From Octopus sinensis (taxonomy: Eukaryota): DNA of 64,000 nucleotides. The DNA lies in assembly GCF_006345805.1 (NCBI RefSeq), contig NC_043004.1, forward strand, positions 72,106,001-72,170,000. Direction: 5' to 3'. Positions 56,059-64,000 of the stretch are shown here, in pieces. The notes under the pieces are model-generated. The model saw only the letters and a program-made list of their open reading frames with translations, ran no database searches and was not told where the DNA came from. Position 1 is the stretch's first letter. The number at the start of each line of letters is the position of its first letter. A program made the translations under genes and the position numbers.

Positions 56059-56699
56059 GTAAGAGAATTAATGTTATTAGGAATTGAATGAGAGAAATAA
56101 CCACAATTGTTTCTATAATTCTCTGTTAAAAAACACAGTCACTGATTTGTGCTTTCATAACATTTGTTTTGCCATTACCATTTCCCATCTTGAAAGAGAG
56201 AGGAAGAGAACACAGTGACTCTGTAGAAGTTATGCACCGACTGATAACATCTTTTGTAATTTTACGTTCTGATTTCGATTCCCACAGAGTTTTCTGTTCA
56301 TCTATCCGTCTATTATGTGGCCATTATCTATTGTAACCGGTTTCAAATGTCATGATGATGACAGAAATGTCCTTTATACAATTAGATGTTAAGAAACAAC
56401 ATATTTTTCTGGCTCTTGGCACCATATGCTCGTATTTGCGGAATTAATCTGCAGATATACTCACGCTTTGCTTAATTTAGTTTGTTTAATTCGCAAACTA
56501 GATGAGACATGTTTTGTTGAACTTTTAACTGTCTCATGAAAATTGCTATTTTGAATGTACGCTTAATATTTTTCCAAGCTCAGTTTTCGTTAAGTATGGT
56601 CAAAGAATTGTAAAGAGAACTTCATGGTATGATTTTTATGGAACTTTACCATCACAAATCCGTATTTCCTTACTTTATAACTGTTGACTTTTCTGAAAC

Positions 56700-57262
56700 T
56701 GATTTTCTAGCTGACAACTGGCTTGAACATGTTTTGTATTTCAGAAATATAGCCAGTTGTGAGAGAAGAGAATGTAAAAACTGTTCTGATATCTTCTGCT
56801 CATTTCTGGATTAAGCAGTGAAACAAAAACACAGATTTTGTGAAGAACGCTTACCTTACTTCCTCACTTACTTTAGCATGAAACTGGGTGACAAGACAAA
56901 GCTAGGGCATCCCATATAATGTGCAAAACATGTTTTGAAATACTGAGGCAGTGACTGCTTCAAATACTTATGTAGAAAGATTCTAGCTTTGTCTTGTGAG
57001 AAAAATTAAGTTGGAGTGTTTCATGGGCCACATATTAGGTGACAATCGGAGGACGATCTATTTTTGGAGACCATGTGTGACATTGAAAAAGAAGCATGGA
57101 ATGCTTTTGTTGCAGTTGTATCTGATTTCCAGAGAAACAGGAAGCCATCAAATTATGGAGATCTTGTGCAGACCCCGTTAACCAGTTTTCGAGCACTGCA
57201 TTGCAACATGAGTATAAATGTGCATTTGCTGCACAGTCATCAGGTCTACTTCCTTGAAAATC
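56700..57262 (+). mobile_element. Degraded DNA transposase fragment (superfamily uncertain)
   Basis: LGD, HIMCKTC, EKEAWNAFVAVV and CNMSINVHLLHSH resemble a widespread transposase C-terminus. Confidence 0.45.
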
Positions 57263-57705
57263 CTGCAGCAAAAGAGGTTCGTTCGTGAGACGTGACACGT
57301 GACAGCAAAGAAGAGCACACATTCACTCTCAGCACGCGATTAGACTCGGAAAGTTTGTGAGGAATCCATTGACTCAATTTGCTGACTTTTGCGATCGCAT
57401 GCATGTCTCGATGAATGGAGGAATGGCTCTGGCTTATTGTCCGATTCCCATTTATTGCATTAATATTCTTCACACTTCCTGTTACGTTGTTGCGTTTATT
57501 GAAATTTGCTTCTTTGACACTTACATTATAGCTTTGAAGAAATAACTGTTAAAATCTGCACTCTTCAAAATTTGCACTAAGAATAAGGACAAGGTAAAAT
57601 TACTACCTGCTTTTATAGCAAATTGATGCTGGTAGTTTTTCCCGTCCCCCACCCGACTTTTAGTTCATGCAATTGAAAAAACCGCATTATGTATGGGATG
57701 AACCA
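57262..57705 (-). mobile_element. Mariner 5' fragment, same family as 4795-5400
   Basis: QWIPHKLSESNR; shared terminal sequence ttgaaaaaaccgcattat. Confidence 0.75.
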
Positions 57706-57859
57706 ATATATATGTACATATAGAAGGTTATGAGAGGTAATTGTGTCATTAAGACCCAAAGGTATCAGGTAATGCTGAGTAAGTGCTATGGATAGACCAT
57801 AGTTAAGCTCCCGGTTCGGTGATTATGAGAATAAGGAATCCAACGTAGGTCATATATCA

Positions 57860-58150
57860 GCATGTGTAAATATAATTTGTTTTTCCAGAATGAGATAAAG
57901 AGACCAAGGCTGTGAAGATTTCAGAAGGTGGTTAAGCAATAGTTAATTTAGATAAGATACGAAATTCCTCCACTTCACTCTCTATTTCGTTTCTTATCTA
58001 AATTAACTATTGCTTAACAATTTTCTCATACAGTCTCCGATGAAGGGATATAATAAATATCCTGGAAACAGCTGTAAGTCCTATTTATAAATGTTCTAAA
58101 ATCTTCACAGCCTTGGGTTTTTTTTATCTCATACTGAAAAAAAATTTATA
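57860..58150. repeat. Nested foldback containing a hammerhead-like motif
   Basis: Outer arms gagataaagagaccaaggctgtgaagattt / aaatcttcacagccttggg...ttatctc; inner arms gttaagcaatagttaatttagataaga / tcttatctaaattaactattgcttaac; CCGATGA...GAAACAGCTGTA at 58037-58076. Confidence 0.7.
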
Positions 58151-58290
58151 TATATGCATGTATGTATGTATGTATGTATGTATGTATGTATGTATGTATG
58201 TATGTATGTATGTATGTATGTAGATAGGCATGTATGTACGTATGTATGTATGTAGTTACGTATATGTATATGTATATGTATATTTTTCAG

Positions 58291-58620
58291 GAGTGGAAAC
58301 GTCAATTCAACATCGTCGGATACTCGAATTGTTGCAAGCTATCGCACTAATACTTTTCGTCACTACGAGAACTTGCAACGCAGAGTATAATGAAAGTCGT
58401 TTCAAAATACTTACTAAATCAAAATGCTTACTTGACAAATATAAAATAACTGAGACGACGGCATCTCGTACCCAGTGTGCAATTCAGTGTATATCACACG
58501 CTGAGTGTGGATATTTCAGCTATTGTAATGGCGTATGTCACATGCATCGACCGTTTTACAGCGGAGAACTGGAAGATTATGATTGCGACTGTTCATCGTA
58601 TATCTTGCTCAATGAAAACA
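58291..58620 (+). CDS. Gene B exon 2: signal peptide plus PAN/apple-like domain; later exons not found in the window
   Basis: tttttcAG acceptor and A|GTATGT donor; 330 nt; all Cys conserved relative to gene A exon 2; no stop or indel. Confidence 0.85.
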
Positions 58621-59235
58621 GTATGTAAATCATTTTCCTTGTCTTTTGTTATGTTTGGTTTGTTATATTTCCATCATTTACCCAACGTTATACGCACACA
58701 CACATACACACACACACATATATATACACACACATACACACACACATACAGAGAGACAGAGACAGAGACAGATAGAGATAGGAAGACAGAGCTAGAGAGA
58801 GAGTGGGGGAGGAGACAGACAGATAGATTGTTTGAAGTTGTGGACACATTTTATGTATTAAGAAGAAAAGCTAGTCAGGAGTAGGATAAAGATTGTTTGT
58901 TTAGTGCTTTAGACCCTTTTTGGGAGTCATTAATGAATGGTCTTTTATAGAAGATTTATACATCTTATATATGATTTTGTTGAAAATATCTGGAGTTGAA
59001 TATCTGTAGTTTTGGAAAGATGTATTGAGAAAGGTTATTTGAGATGTTCGTTGTTGTTTTGAATCTATATGTGTGTATATATGTTTATGTGTATGTATGT
59101 ATATCATTGTTCAGTTTTTTATTACAAGATTTCTCACCAATAGAGAAGGCACCGGTTTCTAACCTAGAGCCAAGGCTTCTTCTTTGGAAGTTCAACATCA
59201 ACAACAGGGTATTTCTGCTTGTATGTATGTGTGTG

Positions 59236-59267
<32 letters not shown>

Positions 59268-59281
59268 TGTATGTATGTATG

Positions 59282-59313
<32 letters not shown>

Positions 59314-60551
59314 TGTGTGTATGTATGTATGTATAAATATATATGTGTAGATTTGTATGTTTTGTTTTATGTATGTATAATAATGCATACAGTTGCATAT
59401 CTAGCCATGCTCATATATATTTAAATGATAAACATGGGTTAAGTTTTACAGATTTTTACAGTTCCAGTGATGGAGTGGATCTGAGGTCTTCGAATTAGCT
59501 TCCTCCTTTCTTGTTTGAGAAGTCTTGTTCCCCAAATTTAGTATTCAGGCAGTGTGTTACATATCTCAGGGCCCCAATACGTACATGCATAAACCTGAAC
59601 TTGTAGTCTGAATAGAGTAACTGCAGATTTTCAATAGTTCAGCGTAGGTATTCTCTTTTACACTGATCTTCAGCGTTATGCTAACATCCCCTGGGCAGCT
59701 AATTTCCACAATTGTACACACTCTTCTCTATCCCAAATCATTGTGCCTACATTTTATTGTGGTTACATTTTATTGAGGTCTTCACTCAAGCGGTCCACCA
59801 GTACTCCTTTTTATTATGTGTGGCTGTGGTTACCACCATACTGTGGATTGTTGTTTCTTTGTCCTCGGGGTCATCCTTCCGACGGATTTCATTATAGAGT
59901 ATCTTAGCTGCAGCATCATGTCTCATCGTTAGATAAACCGTGTTGACATTCTCGAACAATTATTTATGATGTGGCTGATATCTTCGGTGTTAACTTCACA
60001 AAGTATGCATCGGTTATCATATTTTATTGCATTTCCTCCATCTCTATCCCTTTTGTGCATCAGGTATTGGGTTGATATTTCCTGTTCCAGGATTGCAAAC
60101 GCTTACCCTACAAAGTGGAAGGTAGGAATTCTGTTGTTGGTCCATGATAGAATTCTTTGATGATCGATGTTATTCTCATCTCAGAGCGTTCCACTATCTT
60201 ATTAAGGCATAGTCTTCTGCTTATATAGGCTCATCTTTTTATCTTATGATACATTGCGGAATTATCCTAGCATAGAAAATTCGTTTAACCGAGACCTGGG
60301 TAGCAATATGCCCAAAGAAGTCGTGCGACTTCTTTGGGCATATTTTCTAGGCTATCAGACAAGGAATGTTGCTCAAGGAGTTGCTTCCAAGTCTTATGAT
60401 GTCATCAACCTGATGTATCAATCTCATTTTGAGACTTGGTGGTTGAAAGATGTTGCAAGTTGAAAGTGTAAGAAACTACTCCTTTTTCATTGTGATAGTA
60501 AAGAAGAAAACTCAAGGTATTCATTTTAAATGTCCTTTAAGTTTAATTATA

Positions 60552-60649
60552 TTCCACTGATGACGTTCAAAAAGAAATTACAGGATAATGTACTTTTTTT
60601 TCAATTTTTATGTTATTATTCTCTTTTTGAAAGAAACAGCTGTCGGGAA
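60552..60649 (+). ncRNA. Hammerhead ribozyme-like motif, sense to gene B
   Basis: ttcca-CTGATGA-cg-ttcaaaaag...ctttttgaa-a-GAAAC-agct-GTC-gggaa; mismatches at the bases of stems I and II. Confidence 0.55.
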
Positions 60650-60759
60650 GTACTGAATAGTGAATTAATAGATCCAATTTTTAAAATCTGCTTCAGTTCA
60701 TTCTATTTGATGTAACGCTTAAACTTCGTTTAATGAATTACTTTTATAATGAGATTTTA

Positions 60760-60839
<80 letters not shown>

Positions 60840-61030
60840 TAGGTGAATGAATTATCCTAGCATAGAAAATTCGTTTAACCGAGACCTGGGTAGCAAATTC
60901 ACGTCAGAAAACACGGTTGAAGCGACCTGTCAAGGGTAGAAACTCCGGGTTCTTGTGTGGAAATTTGTGTGTTTTTATATGAATAAATGAAAGAATGGAG
61001 CCGAACGAAGATTTTAACAAAATTCCTTTA

Positions 61031-61113
61031 CTCTCGACACATGTTTCGAAGACGGCATACTTTTAATTCCGAAGGAATAAAGGGTGCATTATGCCATCTT
61101 CTCATCAGGAAAG
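61031..61113 (-). ncRNA. Canonical minimal type I hammerhead ribozyme
   Basis: Minus strand: ctttc-CTGATGA-gaagatggcata...tatgccgtcttc-GAAAC-atgt-GTC|gagag. 12-bp stem II, 5-bp stem I, palindromic ACATGT in stem III, GUC cleavage triplet. Confidence 0.82.
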
Positions 61114-62381
61114 ATAAGGAGCCTCTTTCAGCCACAAGATGAACAAAAGTTTTTGATGATTGCCTACATGGTGACCACAGTGATAATGAGTGTTTTTTTA
61201 AATAATCCGTTATAAGCAATGACGTCAAAATGGGTAGAAGGAGGAAGTTATAAAATAGGTAGGGGACACTATGTATGCTGTATGTATGGGGATGTGCGGG
61301 TGTGTGCTTGTGTTAATGAGTGCGAGTTTTTATGTATGTGTATGAGTGTGTGTATATAACTGCATTTGTGTCTGTGTGTGTGTTTATGTGTGATTGTGCG
61401 TGTGAGGGAGACAAACGTGAAATATACTTAGTAGTACGGTGTAAAATTCACGCGCGCACGCATCAAAGTCACCAGCCCTCTTACACACGCACATACATAC
61501 TCTCTTATACAAACGCATGCGCACACTCGTTTTGGGATCACCAGTACTTAATTATCCTCCTTCATCCTAGTTCTCCTGTGTGACACTTCTGTCTGGCATC
61601 TGCCATGATAGATCGCTAGTCACTACACATTCTTTATTTTCTCGCCTTGTTTCTTTCTGTGTTCCTTTCTGTGGAAGAGCATAGGCTCAAAACGTTAAAG
61701 ACTTTTTCACTTCCCAAGCGTTATACTAATACGTCTGTTTCTTGTCTACACCGCCTGTCTTCGTCTGTATTTTTTTGTGAATTCTCCCTATATATGTGTG
61801 TGTGTGCGTGTGTGTGTGTGTATCTGTGAGTGTGTGTGTATTTATGTATGTATGTATGTATGTATGTATGTATGTATAGGACAGAGGATTTGAAAATGCC
61901 GAGGTCTTTTAAAAATGTTTATTGACTTGACCGGTTTCAATTTTTTTAAAACACGATTATGAATAGTAAAAGCTAAACCTTTGTTGTATTAGAAAATGGT
62001 TAACATAGTTGTAGTAAAATACAGATATAGTATTTCATAATGATGAGAAAATGTTAAGAAATTGAGTCTTTGAAAATGATTAAAATGTTAAAAAATAGAA
62101 TCTTTGACAACGATAGGAAAATGTTAAGAGGTTTTTTGTTTAAACTGCTTACATGAAAGTGTTTAAACTAGGTAGTAAAATAAATTCGTAATTATATTAA
62201 GTTCATCAAAAATCCTGGTTGTATATAAGCATATATAGAGAAAGAATCATATTTAAGTATGTATACAGAATTTTAGAATTATATGTATATCTATAACACA
62301 CACACACACACACACAAACACAGACACACACACACGCACGCACACACACACGCACGCACGCACACACACACACACACACAT

Positions 62382-62460
<79 letters not shown>

Positions 62461-62625
62461 ACAAAGTGAAGTTGTAAGGTACCGCACGAGTGGAAATATA
62501 TATGAAAGAGGTCTGAAAATGCACTTGACCGGTTTCACATTTTTAGAAACAGATTGTCAAAAGTAAAATGTAAAGCTTTGTATAAGCTTTCTTGTGTATA
62601 AGCTTTGCTGTCATATATATATATA

Positions 62626-63148
62626 TATTGTTATATTTCGGAATGGTCATTTTGCCAGTTTAGCCAATAAAATCACACGCACTATATATTTGGTGTTACT
62701 TTGCTTCAGTGTTATTTACTTTTTACATTAATCTTAATCTTATTCCGACCAGAGTTCTTTCGTCAGACTCCTGTGACCGCATCAGTAGTCCTTTGTTTTC
62801 TTCTTTCTTATTTGTGTCTCTCCTTACTAACCGTCAGCCATTTTGTATTTCTGGTCATGTCAAAATGTAATCATGTCAAAAAATCCATCATGATTATTTT
62901 TTTCATCTCGGTGTATACAAAATGTCTTGCTCTTACACGTATAAATTTGTCTACAATAATATGAAATTCATATAAGTAAGGAGAGACACAAATAAGAAAG
63001 AAGAAAGGACCAGTGATGCGGTCACAGGAGTGTGACGAAAGAACTCTGGCCGAAATAAGATTAAGATTAATGTAAAAAATAAATAACACTGAAGCGTGTG
63101 ATTTTATTGGCTAAACTGGCAAAATGACCATTCCGAAATATAACAATA
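62626..63148. repeat. Long inverted repeat (about 170-bp arms), Penelope pseudo-LTR-like
   Basis: tattgttatatttcggaatggtcattttgccagtttagccaataaaatcacacgc...gaccgcatca mirrored at about 63005-63148. Confidence 0.85.
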
Positions 63149-63489
63149 TCTGTTTCAACACAGGACTTCGCATAAAAAAATCTTACACAACAAATATATA
63201 AACGTATATATATATATATACTCTTCTGGTCATGTCAAAATGTAATCATGTCAAAAAATCCATCATGATTATTTTTTTCATCTCGGTGTATATAAAATGT
63301 CTTGCTCTTACACGTATAAATTTGTCTACAATAATATGAAATCCATATAAATAAGCACGCTAGGGACATTACAAATTCCTGATAATTATTCATAGTTATG
63401 TTGTCTGTTATACGTAACTGTCATCTTCACGTTACTTAATCACACGCCATTAGTCTTGCACTGCTTCCATAAAGTTGGATCAAGAAATA

Positions 63490-63935
63490 TCAGTTTCAAT
63501 ATTTGGTACAAGGCTAGCAATTTTGAATGAGGTGTGAGTTGATTACAATGACCCCAGTGCTTGACTCGTGCTTTTGTCAACCGTGAAAGATAGAAGGGAA
63601 AAGTCGACCACGGCGGAATTTGAACTCAGAAGGAAGCGCAAGGTGAAATACCGCTAAGCATTTTTCCCGGCGAGCTAACGATTCTGTCAGCCCACCGCTT
63701 TAGGGACCTAGATAATATCACCGACATAGTATCACTATACTTACCAAGTATTGCACTAAACGTTTCTTAGTAATACACTGACGCCGGTGTTCAAGTGCTA
63801 CTTATTTTTTCGACCGCGAAAGGATGAAAGTCGAAGTTGACTACGGCGCCATTTGAGCTCAAAACGTGAAGACGGACCAAGTGCTGCTAAGCATTTTGAC
63901 GATTTGATAACGATTCTGCCAGCTCGCTGCCTTAA
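63490..63935 (-). mobile_element. Two adjacent SINE copies followed by (AAT)n
   Basis: Both contain aagtcgac...ggcggaatttgaactcag...ctaagcattt...aacgattctg; same family as 15490-15700. Confidence 0.7.
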
Positions 63936-63952
63936 TAATAATAATAATAATG

Positions 63953-64000
<48 letters not shown>

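Larger units (their letters stand above)
51500..56329 (+). repeat. Duplicated upstream/exon 1/intron 1 block, copy B, interrupted by a LINE
   Basis: gatcctaacgc...cactcccctt matches about 11-209; aacagcattaatg...ccattatct matches about 211-1055. Confidence 0.92.

Noticed and set aside
51500-58700. Copy B as an uncollapsed haplotype (assembly artefact) of copy A
   Set aside because: About 16% exon divergence, entirely different intron interiors and a private LINE are more than expected for alleles, though read depth should confirm this.
59130-59208. Candidate exon 3 of gene B (DFSPIEKAPVSNLEPRLLLWKFNINNR)
   Set aside because: No similarity to gene A exon 3, and it looks like interspersed repeat sequence next to (TATG)n.

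Overview
AT-rich, microsatellite- and transposon-dense animal DNA; the SINE, LINE and Penelope repertoire suggests an octopod cephalopod (inference). The ORF track hides one complete spliced gene on the + strand. Six coding exons (772-784, 3684-4013, 15877-15977, 17732-17880, 21571-21680, 27275-27324) have GT-AG boundaries and compatible phases. They join into a 250-aa protein: probable signal peptide, Cys-rich PAN/apple-like domain, and a Cys-free C-terminal domain I cannot name. A tandem paralog starts about 55 kb downstream (exons 56046-56058 and 58291-58620; the rest is not found in the window). By manual count, exon 2 of the two paralogs differs at 37 of 110 codons non-synonymously but only 4 synonymously, while the flanking non-coding DNA is better conserved than the exon. 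That pattern suggests diversifying selection, as in toxin, immune or gamete-recognition genes. The remainder is a mosaic of CR1/L2-group LINEs, RTE, R4/Dong-like, Penelope, mariner/Tc1, MULE, Helitron-like elements and SINEs. Several Penelope-type minimal hammerhead ribozyme motifs are present, one fully canonical (61031-61113, minus strand). All counts are by eye and no database searches were run.
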